Shown one piece after another: positions 1 to 6,890 of a DNA stretch of 11,396 bases. Location of the stretch: positions 1-11,396 of the forward strand of contig CAZZCN010000084.1 of the NCBI GenBank assembly GCA_964652975.1, read 5' to 3'. A program made the translations under genes and the position numbers. Below the pieces are notes generated by a model that saw only the letters and a program-made list of their open reading frames with translations, was not told the DNA's origin and did not search any database. Position 1 is the first letter of the stretch, and each line of letters begins with the position of its first letter. This DNA comes from an uncultured Oscillospiraceae bacterium. GTDB taxonomy: Bacteria > Bacillota > Clostridia > Saccharofermentanales > UBA5734.

Positions 1-4
1 TTTT

Positions 5-95
5 TGGCGGAGAAAGAGGGATTCGAACCCTCGCTGGGGTTGCCCCCACTAACGATTTAGCAAACCGCCCCCTTCGGCCACTTGGGTATTTCTCC
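5..95 (-). tRNA. tRNA-Ser (anticodon GCT), type II with long variable arm, 91 nt including encoded CCA
   Basis: The reverse complement reads GGAGAAA...TTTCTCC-G-CCA (7-bp acceptor stem). The T arm is GAGGG-TTCGAAT-CCCTC. The anticodon stem is GCGGT/ATCGT with loop TTGCTAA, giving U33, anticodon GCT and A37. The long variable arm is typical of Ser. Confidence 0.85.
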
Positions 96-139
96 AAAAA
101 TGTTTGCCGAGCTTTAGTTGATTGCTGATATTAAGTTGT

Positions 140-170
140 AAAAAATCCGCAAGTAAATGCGTATTTTTTT
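140..170. terminator. AT-flanked hairpin (A6-TCCGCA-agtaaa-TGCGTA-T7), a possible bidirectional intrinsic terminator
   Basis: Inverted repeat seen directly in sequence. The T7 run is on the plus strand and the A6 run gives a T6 run on the minus strand. The stem is short (4 GC pairs plus AT pairs with one mismatch), so it is weak. Confidence 0.35.
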
Positions 171-193
171 GGCGGAGCGAACTCTCACCGCTG
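170..193 (-). other. tRNA-3'-end-like minihelix A (minus-sense CAGCGGTGAGAGTTCGCTCCGCCA). The last 8 nt are identical to the 3' end of both flanking tRNA-Ser genes
   Basis: On the plus strand, TGGCGGAG is a direct repeat of positions 5-12 and 305-312. The element folds as a 6-bp stem (GCGGTG/CTCCGC, one U-U mismatch) with a GTTCG-containing loop, followed by CA. Confidence 0.4.
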
Positions 194-209
194 CACTAAC
201 TTTTCTATA

Positions 210-236
210 ATAATTCGCATGCTAAATGCGAATTAT
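210..236. repeat. Perfect 12-bp-stem hairpin H2 (ATAATTCGCAT / gctaa / ATGCGAATTAT)
   Basis: Inverted repeat read directly. It lies 1 nt from the CCA end of minihelix B on the minus strand. Confidence 0.5.
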
Positions 237-237
237 A

Positions 238-261
238 TGGCGGAGCGAACTCTCTCCGCTT
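238..261 (-). other. tRNA-3'-end-like minihelix B (minus-sense AAGCGGAGAGAGTTCGCTCCGCCA) with a perfect 6-bp stem
   Basis: Second copy of the TGGCGGAGCGAACTCTC(A/T)CCGCT unit. The stem GCGGAG/CTCCGC is perfect, the loop is AGAGTTCG and the 3' tail is CA. Confidence 0.4.
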
Positions 262-275
262 TCCCAACTTACTTT

Positions 276-304
276 TAATCTTCGCGCTATGTACGCGAAG
301 ATTA
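276..304. repeat. Perfect 11-bp-stem hairpin H3 (TAATCTTCGCG / ctatgta / CGCGAAGATTA) directly abutting the CCA end of tRNA-Ser(TGA)
   Basis: Inverted repeat read directly. There is no adjacent T-run on either strand, so it is not a classical intrinsic terminator. Confidence 0.5.
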
Positions 305-395
305 TGGCGGAGAGAGTGGGATTCGAACCCACGGTAGACTCACATCTACGCCGGTTTTCAAGACCGGTGCCTTAAACCAACTCGACCATCTCTCC
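305..395 (-). tRNA. tRNA-Ser (anticodon TGA), type II, 91 nt including encoded CCA
   Basis: The reverse complement reads GGAGAGA...TCTCTCC-G-CCA. The T arm is GTGGG-TTCGAAT-CCCAC. The anticodon stem is CCGGT/ACCGG with loop CTTGAAA, giving U33, anticodon TGA and A37. It has a long variable arm. Confidence 0.85.
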
Positions 396-421
396 ATGTG
401 CATGACCTTGCGTGCCTTGAT

Positions 422-450
422 ATTTTACAATGAAAGGGGAGTTATGTCAA
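422..450 (-). promoter_or_regulatory. Sigma-A-type promoter for tRNA-Ser(TGA): -35 TTGACA (445..450), 17-bp spacer, -10 TAAAAT (422..427)
   Basis: The minus-strand reading is TTGACA-taactcccctttcattg-TAAAAT. This places the transcription start about 20 nt upstream of the mature tRNA 5' end at 395. Confidence 0.5.
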
Positions 451-533
451 TTGCTATTTTAAAAAACATAAATGTAGTTAACGTGAAAGGTATTTGTAGC
501 AAATATATAAGCTATCTGCGGTATTGTTTGCTA

Positions 534-1472
534 TTATTTGTTTTTACCGGCCATGATATCATACAAACGGTCCAAATCCTCATAAGAGTAATACTCTATA
601 ACAATAGTGCCTTTTTTATTACGGTCCTTAAGCTTAACCTTTGTGGATAAAAGCTTCGCTAATTGCGCTTCGAAATCCCTTACACTTGTTACATGCTGTG
701 GATCAGGAACTTTTTTCTCTTTTTTGGGTAAAAGGAGCTGCTTTACTAATCTTTCTGTCTCTCGCACACTGTATTGCTTTTCTGCGATAAGCTTAGCGGA
801 CTTTATTTGAAGTGCTTCGTCTGGAATGCTTAAAAGCGCCCTCGCGTGACCGGCTGATATCTCCTCGCTTGTAACAAGACCAAGAATAATCTCCGGAAGG
901 CTAAGTAGTCTAAGTGAATTTGCTATTGCTGGCCTGCTTTTACCTACCACAGCAGACAGCTTTTCTTGAGTGAGGCGATGCTCTTTTATTAAACGATCAA
1001 GTGCATTTGCCTCTTCTATAGGATTCAAATCCTGTCTCTGAATATTCTCTATAAGTGCCTGCTGCATGACTTGCAGGTCAGTAAGCTCTCTGACGATTGC
1101 TGGAATCATTGCCAATTCGGCTATTTTTGCAGCTCTCCATCTTCGCTCGCCTGCTACTATTTTGTATCCAAGACCCTCTTTCCTTACAATTATTGGCATT
1201 ATTATTCCATTTGCTTTTATAGATTCCGCTAATTCATTTAATTTCACTTCATCAAATGCTTTTCTTGGCTGATCTACATTCGGACTTACATCGTTAATTT
1301 TGAGATTGATGACAGAATCTCTTGGACTTTCCGGTATGCCATCGGTTGATAGAAGAGCGCCAAGGCCCTTGCCAAGGCCTCTGTGTGAATGTGATAGCGA
1401 TATGGAATCAGAAATCGAACTGTTTAATGAAGGTTTTGCGGATGCTTTAGACAAAGGCTTCTGTGTTTTCAT
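534..1472 (-). CDS. parB: Chromosome-partitioning protein ParB/Spo0J (312 aa)
   Basis: Carries the GLGKGLGALL N-terminal box. It has the ParB-box region KIVAGERRWRAAKIAEL and a helix-turn-helix segment, and its overall length is typical of chromosomal Spo0J. An RBS GGAGAAA precedes the start. It sits directly downstream of parA. Confidence 0.9.
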   Translation of the reverse strand: MKTQKPLSKASAKPSLNSSISDSISLSHSHRGLGKGLGALLSTDGIPESPRDSVINLKINDVSPNVDQPRKAFDEVKLNELAESIKANGIIMPIIVRKEGLGYKIVAGERRWRAAKIAELAMIPAIVRELTDLQVMQQALIENIQRQDLNPIEEANALDRLIKEHRLTQEKLSAVVGKSRPAIANSLRLLSLPEIILGLVTSEEISAGHARALLSIPDEALQIKSAKLIAEKQYSVRETERLVKQLLLPKKEKKVPDPQHVTSVRDFEAQLAKLLSTKVKLKDRNKKGTIVIEYYSYEDLDRLYDIMAGKNK

Positions 1473-1767
1473 AAGTTATTTCTCCATTTTCAAATTATTT
1501 GTAAAAATATTAAATACCGTTATTGCTGTTTTTGCTGTTTTTACATAGGACGATACATTGTTACAACCTTGGTACTATCTCATTGCCATCATGTTGCAGA
1601 ATCATTACTCTTCGATAAATTCTGGCGCTCATTCACTACTAAATATTAATTATCATGGTATAACTCATAAGCTTTTACTAATATGATTATAATGCAATTA
1701 ATCAATATGATTTCATGGGCGATCCAGGTGGTATGCATCAGTATATTTTTGATTTCGATAACACTTA

Positions 1768-2544
1768 TTACTTACTTAGATGTGCCGCTCTTTTTATAAC
1801 TTCTTTTGCCAAAAACTCGTAAGAGTCTGCACCTTTTGATCTTGAGTCGTACTCGTTTATTGATAGACCGAAGCTTGGAGCCTCACTTAATCTGACGTTT
1901 CGAGGAATTATTGCCTTAAAAACCTTTTCCCCAAAATATTTCTGGACTTCCTTGGCTACCTGATGTGATAATTGTGTTCTTGAGTCAAACATGGTAACAA
2001 CAACACCGAATATATCAAGAGAAGGATTCAAATGCTTTTTGACAATATTTATAGTGTCCATCAATTGAGTAAGACCCTCAAGAGCATAATATTCTGACTG
2101 GATAGGCACAATAACGCCATTTGCAGCAGTTAATGCATTTATTGTGAGAAGCCCAAGAGATGGGGGACAGTCCATGATTATAAAATCATAATCATTTTGA
2201 ATAGTCTGAAAAACCCGTTTTAGAACAGTTTCTCTAGAAAAAATATTAATCATTTCAATTTCAGCACCAACAAGATCGATATTTGCCGGACAGACTGAAA
2301 GATTTTTTCTTCCTGACTGGTGTATGGTAGATTGAATTGAAATGCCGTCAACAAGGACATTATAGACTGTTTTACTTAAATCCTTTTTCTCGACTCCTAT
2401 GCCGCTTGTGCTATTACCCTGTGGATCAATATCTACGAGAAGTGTCTTTTTGCCTTTCAACGCAAGGTATGAAGATAAATTAACGCTTGTTGTTGTTTTT
2501 CCCACGCCACCTTTTTGATTAACGATTGCTAATACTAAAGCCAT
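1768..2544 (-). CDS. parA: ParA/Soj Walker-type partition ATPase (258 aa)
   Basis: The N-terminus carries the deviant Walker A KGGVGKTT in IVNQKGGVGKTTTSVNL. Length and downstream motifs match Soj. A strong RBS AAGAGG lies 8 nt upstream of the ATG. Confidence 0.9.
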   Translation of the reverse strand: MALVLAIVNQKGGVGKTTTSVNLSSYLALKGKKTLLVDIDPQGNSTSGIGVEKKDLSKTVYNVLVDGISIQSTIHQSGRKNLSVCPANIDLVGAEIEMINIFSRETVLKRVFQTIQNDYDFIIMDCPPSLGLLTINALTAANGVIVPIQSEYYALEGLTQLMDTINIVKKHLNPSLDIFGVVVTMFDSRTQLSHQVAKEVQKYFGEKVFKAIIPRNVRLSEAPSFGLSINEYDSRSKGADSYEFLAKEVIKRAAHLSK

Positions 2545-2594
2545 TATAATATTGCCTCTTTTCTGAGTTCATTTTTATTGTTTTGATTTTAACA

Positions 2595-2602
2595 TGTTTC
2601 AC
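2595..2602. promoter_or_regulatory. parS half-site (TGTTTCAC) in the parA promoter/leader region
   Basis: Matches the left half of the full parS sites below. The right half has diverged. Confidence 0.3.
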
Positions 2603-2652
2603 TTAAGATAGCTATACTTTTAAAAGTGGAATGATTAACAAAAACCATAAAT

Positions 2653-2668
2653 TGTTTCACGTGAAACA
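2653..2668. promoter_or_regulatory. parS site 1, TGTTTCACGTGAAACA (perfect 16-bp palindrome, canonical Spo0J/ParB centromere site)
   Basis: Matches the established consensus tGTTNCACGTGAAACa. Flanking bases extend it to a 22-bp palindrome. Confidence 0.8.
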
Positions 2669-2755
2669 ATTTATGGCTAGATACATCGATTTAAATTTTT
2701 ATTCAGCTCGGTGAATCAAATCTCGATTCAAATTATAACAATATATGGTTTAAAA

Positions 2756-2771
2756 TGTTTCACGTGAAACA
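2756..2771. promoter_or_regulatory. parS site 2, TGTTTCACGTGAAACA
   Basis: Identical 16-mer, 103 bp from site 1. Confidence 0.8.
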
Positions 2772-2858
2772 ATTTATGGCTAGATACATCGATTTAAATT
2801 TTTATTCAGCTCGGTGAATCAAATCTCGATTCAAATTATAACAATATATGGTTTAAAA

Positions 2859-2874
2859 TGTTTCACGTGAAACA
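2859..2874. promoter_or_regulatory. parS site 3, TGTTTCACGTGAAACA
   Basis: Identical 16-mer, 103 bp from site 2. Confidence 0.8.
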
Positions 2875-3520
2875 TTTTTCTATGAAATGAAATGATATCA
2901 ATTTTAATATGTAAAATGACAATCACATTTATTCAGAAATACCTGAAAACGTTTGATAGACAGGCTTTGAATATATTGAGAATTACAGCAATAAGGAACA
3001 TATTGGCAATATTCTTCATGCAAAGCATTTTCTCCGAGAATGTCAATCCTGAGTTAAAATAATGGTCAGCACAAATAATTATTGAAGAGGTACAACCTTG
3101 TGTATCAAGCAGTCATTCTTTTCGAAATGAATTTTCAAACTTTTGGTGACTTTATAAATCAAATTTTTCACTTAATGCTATTCATGTAGATCATAAATGC
3201 TTATGAAAGAAATTGCTATAAATTATTTTATATACAATAGTTATTATTAATATGGTTCGCATATAACATATTAACGTATAGCTCGCGAATGTTTATTTCG
3301 TGTTCTTATTATAAAGCAATTGCTTCGCGTGAAAGAATATGTGAGCAGGTATAAAAGTGCGAGTTCAATAACGACTGGCTAGAAAGCTCACAGATAATCC
3401 ATATTGTTACCTTGCTGCTTAGATTATATTGTGCGAAAAATATTTTTGGGAAATACAGGAAGCAAGAATATTCTATTTATGTATAATAACTTATTTACGA
3501 TATTCTATTTACTACTGCAT

Positions 3521-3556
3521 TCATACAAATTGTTTCACGTGAAACAATTTGTATGA
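3521..3556. promoter_or_regulatory. parS site 4 embedded in a 36-bp perfect palindrome (TCATACAAATTGTTTCACGTGAAACAATTTGTATGA)
   Basis: The core 3531..3546 is identical to sites 1-3. The flanks are perfectly self-complementary for 10 bp on each side. Confidence 0.8.
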
Positions 3557-3652
3557 TAAGTAATTTATTCCCATGGATATCAAAATCTTACCAATCAAGT
3601 TAGTTATAAATATTATAATGAGCTGTAAATTTACATTATAAGAATAACAATG

Positions 3653-3723
3653 GTTGAGTAAGTCAATACAGCGGTTGAGTAAACCATTAGAGCGGTTGAG
3701 CAAACCAATACAATGTTGAGCAA
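3653..3723. repeat. Iteron-like direct repeats: four copies of core GTTGAG(T/C)AA at 3653, 3674, 3695 and 3715 (spacing 21/21/20 bp), followed by a weaker inverted copy near 3734..3744
   Basis: Read directly. Units 2 and 3 share the longer AGCGGTTGAG(T/C)AAACCA. The spacing is about two helical turns. Confidence 0.55.
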
Positions 3724-3954
3724 TTGCAATTTATTGCTTGCAACAGCATGATTTTGATTGAAAACCGTAAATAGACATAAACTCTAAATGAAAGACTAAT
3801 ATAGTAGTTAATATATTTGCTATCATGATAAATAATTCTAACGACAATACACATTTCTGAAAACGGATAAAATGATAGATTAATAAACACAAAATGAAAG
3901 GTGATTCGCCTTTTATATATAATAGCAATTTGGCGAGAGAACTGCTTATACAGA

Positions 3955-4746
3955 CTAATCTATTTGGTCGAGAGATTTTCGCTTTTGTCTAGTATTGATA
4001 TCAGTTCGCTCAAAAGTTTTTTGCCAAGTTTTAATTGTTTGCATTTTTAGAAAATCATAAAACGGAAGAATTTCTTCTTTTGTGTCATACAGTTCAAGCG
4101 CTTCGTAATATTGCCGTTTATCTTCATTATATATAATAGTCGGCGGTTCCCCGTGTGTCAGCAGATAATAATTTAACAGTGTTCTGCCAACGCGACCATT
4201 TCCATCAGCAAATGGGTGTATATGCTCAAACCGTAAATGAAAATACGAGGCAGCTTTTAATATATCTTTGCCTATATAATTATTCAATTCATCAACTATT
4301 TCAGACAAACCGCTTTCAACCTCGTCTGGAGGAAAGCCGACCTCGTTTTTACCGGTGACATAATCATGTTTTTTGAATTGACCCGGTCGTTCATCGTTTA
4401 CAATATATCTTCTTTCATCATAAGTGCCAGATGTCAAAATACTATGGATTTCCAAAATAAGAGATAATGAAAAGGGTTCTCTACTTATTATTTTTGCCTT
4501 AAGAAAATCGTAACATAATTTCTGGTTCTGTTGCTCAAAAATTGCCCTGGTAGAACCGGAATACCCTGTTACCTTGCCATCCTCGAAAATCTCCCTCGTG
4601 TCATGGTACTCAATTTCATCATTTTCGATTTTACCCGAATGGTATGCAAATAAAATCCTGAAATTATCAAGGGCAAGATCAAGCGATTCGATGGAATTGA
4701 CATTAAATTGTTGCCACATATCCCTGACTTTCTCATAATAATCCAT
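3955..4746 (-). CDS. Fic/DOC family protein, class II (intramolecular inhibitory helix), putative AMPylation-type transferase (263 aa from the re-called start)
   Basis: The Fic motif HPFADGNGRVGRTLL matches HxFx(D/E)GNGRxxR. The N-terminal inhibitory motif SGKIEN matches (S/T)xxxE(G/N). The ATG at 4746 was chosen because GGAGGA lies 7 nt upstream. The ORF-track ATG at 4761 has no SD sequence. Confidence 0.8.
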   Translation of the reverse strand: MDYYEKVRDMWQQFNVNSIESLDLALDNFRILFAYHSGKIENDEIEYHDTREIFEDGKVTGYSGSTRAIFEQQNQKLCYDFLKAKIISREPFSLSLILEIHSILTSGTYDERRYIVNDERPGQFKKHDYVTGKNEVGFPPDEVESGLSEIVDELNNYIGKDILKAASYFHLRFEHIHPFADGNGRVGRTLLNYYLLTHGEPPTIIYNEDKRQYYEALELYDTKEEILPFYDFLKMQTIKTWQKTFERTDINTRQKRKSLDQID

Positions 4747-4782
4747 TTGCAAATCCTCCATTTTCGATGGTATTATGACGAT

Positions 4783-4791
4783 ATTATATCA
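4783..4791 (-). promoter_or_regulatory. Extended -10 promoter element TGATATAAT for the fic gene
   Basis: The minus-strand TGnTATAAT lies about 35 nt upstream of the preferred start. No good -35 is present, which is consistent with the extended -10 class. Confidence 0.4.
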
Positions 4792-5194
4792 TAAAAAATG
4801 CAAAGTCCGGAAAAGACAAAAAGAAATGTGTGGTTTGGTTTTCAACAACAACAATTGCATTCAACTCATACTTACTATGTCTAAATAGAAGATATATAAA
4901 TAAAGTGGATATAATGCTTGAATCTATAAATGAAACAGGTGGATATCTGTATATATCCAGGAGAACAACGAATAAAAGCAATGAGAATTACAATTCAAGG
5001 GCGATAATTTGATAAAGAAACTTGTGAAAAAAACGTCAATTAAAATTGAAGACAGCAATTCGTTACTTTCGTGGAATTCAGTCATATATTCCTAAAAATG
5101 CTGCTAAAATGACGCTGCGCAGACAAAAATATAAATATTACTAAAAACATAAGATAAAAGAAACATAATTAAAAAAGATATAAAGTCATCAAAA

Positions 5195-5203
5195 TGTGGA
5201 TAA
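5195..5203. promoter_or_regulatory. Perfect DnaA-box 9-mer (TGTGGATAA, i.e. TTATCCACA on the other strand), isolated
   Basis: Exact consensus match. There are two 2-mismatch relatives near 4903 and 4930. This is not a dense oriC-like cluster. Confidence 0.25.
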
Positions 5204-5410
5204 TAGCATCGATAATGCTAAACAAGAATTCTAAAAACTATATTAAAAGAAAACATCAAAATAATGCAAATTGGAAGACCAAGCGAGTGAATGTTTGAAA
5301 GATTTACATCATTTATTGCTGAAGTTGCATTCGAACTTCTTTTCTCATCGGCAGAAAAGTTCACATAAATGCAATTTTCAAGCACCCACCTTGATCCTTA
5401 TGATTCAATG

Positions 5411-6499
5411 TCAATAAGTTCCGAGTTCGATAACCTTATCGATATAAAATTTGAATGTTTCATAATCGACAGTCTTCGGGATTGAATGATCGCTGTGCGC
5501 CACAAACCCATATCCGTTTTTGACAATCGGAATTTTTGACTCCAATTCTTCGGTAATAATATCAAAATCATTTGTATATAGCTTACGAACATCAATTCCG
5601 CCCATCAATGCAATTTTGTCGCCATATTGCTTGTGAATTCTGAGCAAATCCATACCGGCCTTTATCTCAATAACTTGTAAGCAGTCGATTCCGGCTTCAA
5701 TCATGTATGGGAGAAGAGGTTCGACAAAACCACAAGAGTGCATTATTACCGGAAGCCCCACACTATGAGCATAATTAATTGTTTTAATATGTGCTGGCAT
5801 AATAAGTTCCTGATAAAGCTCAGGTGACATAAATGGCTTTCCCTTGAATCCCATATCCTCATAGTACCAGATACCGTCAGGGTATCCTTCCTGCTCGAAA
5901 AGAATCTTCTGCATCTCTATCGTCATATCTGAAAGAACTGTTACCATGTCCTCAATCCATTCAGGCTCCAACAGCATTCCCACAAGCATGTTTTCGTGTC
6001 CGCAGATCGGATGCATGAGTTCAAATACATTAACTCCGCCCCATACTAAAAATCTTCCTGCCTTGGCAGCTTGCTCCTTTGCAAGCCTATACTGCTCGAA
6101 ATTAATTCTTCTTAAGTCAAGCGGCTTTGTAAAATGCGGCTTGATATAATGCTCCCAGTCAGATTTTTCCTTCACCAGAAAATCCACATGCTCAGGGGTT
6201 GAGTCATGCAATTTATGCCTTCTCAGCAATGCGCCGTTTCCGTCCCTGGTGAGGACAGTCTCATCTGTTTCTCCTATAATCTCAGGAATAAAATCAAGAT
6301 CTGCTACGAAATTGAAAGCCCAGCAGCCTTGTATGTCAAGCCCAAAATGATCTTCGAGACATTCGCCCGGCTGTATTTTCCCCTTATCAATCCAATCACT
6401 ATGGGTATCAGACCAGAAATGCTCGAATAAACCGATTCGATCTACAGGCTGATGTTTTAAAATGTTGGTGATTCTCTCTTTGCCGGTCATTGCATTCAT
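5411..6499 (-). CDS. Uroporphyrinogen-decarboxylase (URO-D) family protein, MtaA/CmuA-like methyltransferase-type fold (362 aa)
   Basis: The N-terminus has ...ILKHQPVDRIG..., which resembles the URO-D PVDRxP box. Length and overall composition fit the URO-D_like family. An RBS GGAGGT lies 8 nt upstream. The gene is divergent from an AraC regulator. Confidence 0.65.
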   Translation of the reverse strand: MNAMTGKERITNILKHQPVDRIGLFEHFWSDTHSDWIDKGKIQPGECLEDHFGLDIQGCWAFNFVADLDFIPEIIGETDETVLTRDGNGALLRRHKLHDSTPEHVDFLVKEKSDWEHYIKPHFTKPLDLRRINFEQYRLAKEQAAKAGRFLVWGGVNVFELMHPICGHENMLVGMLLEPEWIEDMVTVLSDMTIEMQKILFEQEGYPDGIWYYEDMGFKGKPFMSPELYQELIMPAHIKTINYAHSVGLPVIMHSCGFVEPLLPYMIEAGIDCLQVIEIKAGMDLLRIHKQYGDKIALMGGIDVRKLYTNDFDIITEELESKIPIVKNGYGFVAHSDHSIPKTVDYETFKFYIDKVIELGTY

Positions 6500-6790
6500 T
6501 TGACGTACCTCCGATTAAAATTTAAATTGACTAATTTTTATTATGTTTAATTATAAACCAGATTAACTATTTAAGAAATTAATATCCGATATTTTCATAT
6601 AAGCATCGGGTATTTATTCAGCTTACCACAAATATTGTTCTACAATATACAATATTTACACGAAGAACAAGTGATATAAATTCCCCATCTAATTTTCTCG
6701 ATTTCGCTAACAAGGTAAATTAGAGGTGGGAAACTTCTTGCTATATGAGTTTGAATTTTACTGAAAGCGGCTGCAAAAAACAATGCTTAT

Positions 6791-6800
6791 TATTGCAATA
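6791..6800. promoter_or_regulatory. 10-bp perfect palindrome TATTGCAATA. A related ATATTGCAA lies 36 bp downstream (6826..6834). Candidate operator in the AraC/URO-D divergent intergenic region
   Basis: Read directly. Its function is inferred only from position. Confidence 0.2.
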
Positions 6801-6890
6801 TATTTGTCTGTAATTGATATTGCAAAACTTTCGAGAAGTGATAATATAAGATTGTATTCTTGATTATTTTGGACAAAAGGAGCCCTGCGA

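Larger units (their letters stand above)
2653..2876. repeat. Tandem direct repeat with a 103-bp unit (copies at 2653..2755 and 2756..2858, third copy truncated after parS), each unit starting with a parS site
   Basis: Two identical 103-bp copies are read directly. A third begins at 2859 and diverges after about 18 bp. Confidence 0.85.

Noticed and set aside
96-533. Integrative element (ICE or prophage) inserted at tRNA-Ser, suggested by the duplicated tRNA 3' ends
   Set aside because: No integrase, excisionase or phage/conjugation genes are present in the window. The gene next to the tRNAs is parB. The repeats are reported only as possible old att scars.
396-1548. Plus-strand ORFs 396..650, 607..810, 1066..1272 and 1300..1548 (67-84 aa)
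   Set aside because: They overlap the well-supported minus-strand parB gene or the parA-parB spacer. They have no RBS and low-complexity translations, so they are antisense-frame artefacts.
2653-2876. Possible CRISPR array (regularly spaced repeats)
   Set aside because: The repeated unit is 103 bp and the copies are identical throughout, so there are no unique spacers. It is a tandem duplication carrying parS, not a CRISPR array.
3521-3928. Three minus-strand ORFs (60-67 aa) in the AT-rich non-coding block
   Set aside because: No RBS. The translations are I/L/Y/N/F-rich, as expected from AT-rich DNA. They overlap the parS palindrome and the iterons.
4784-5012. ORFs 4784..4981 (-) and 4830..5012 (+) in the fic upstream spacer
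   Set aside because: They are mutually overlapping and lack an RBS. The region is better explained as promoter and spacer. They were not called.
5130-5260. Tiny minus-strand hydrophobic peptide ORF (about 20 aa, MFLLSYVFSNIYIFVCAASF) as a possible type I toxin
   Set aside because: No RBS or promoter is recognisable. Such hydrophobic reading frames arise readily in T-rich sequence.
4762-5410. Replication origin (oriC) call based on the DnaA box and the neighbouring parAB
   Set aside because: There is only one perfect DnaA box and two weak ones. No dnaA/dnaN genes and no box cluster are present. This is insufficient for an origin call.
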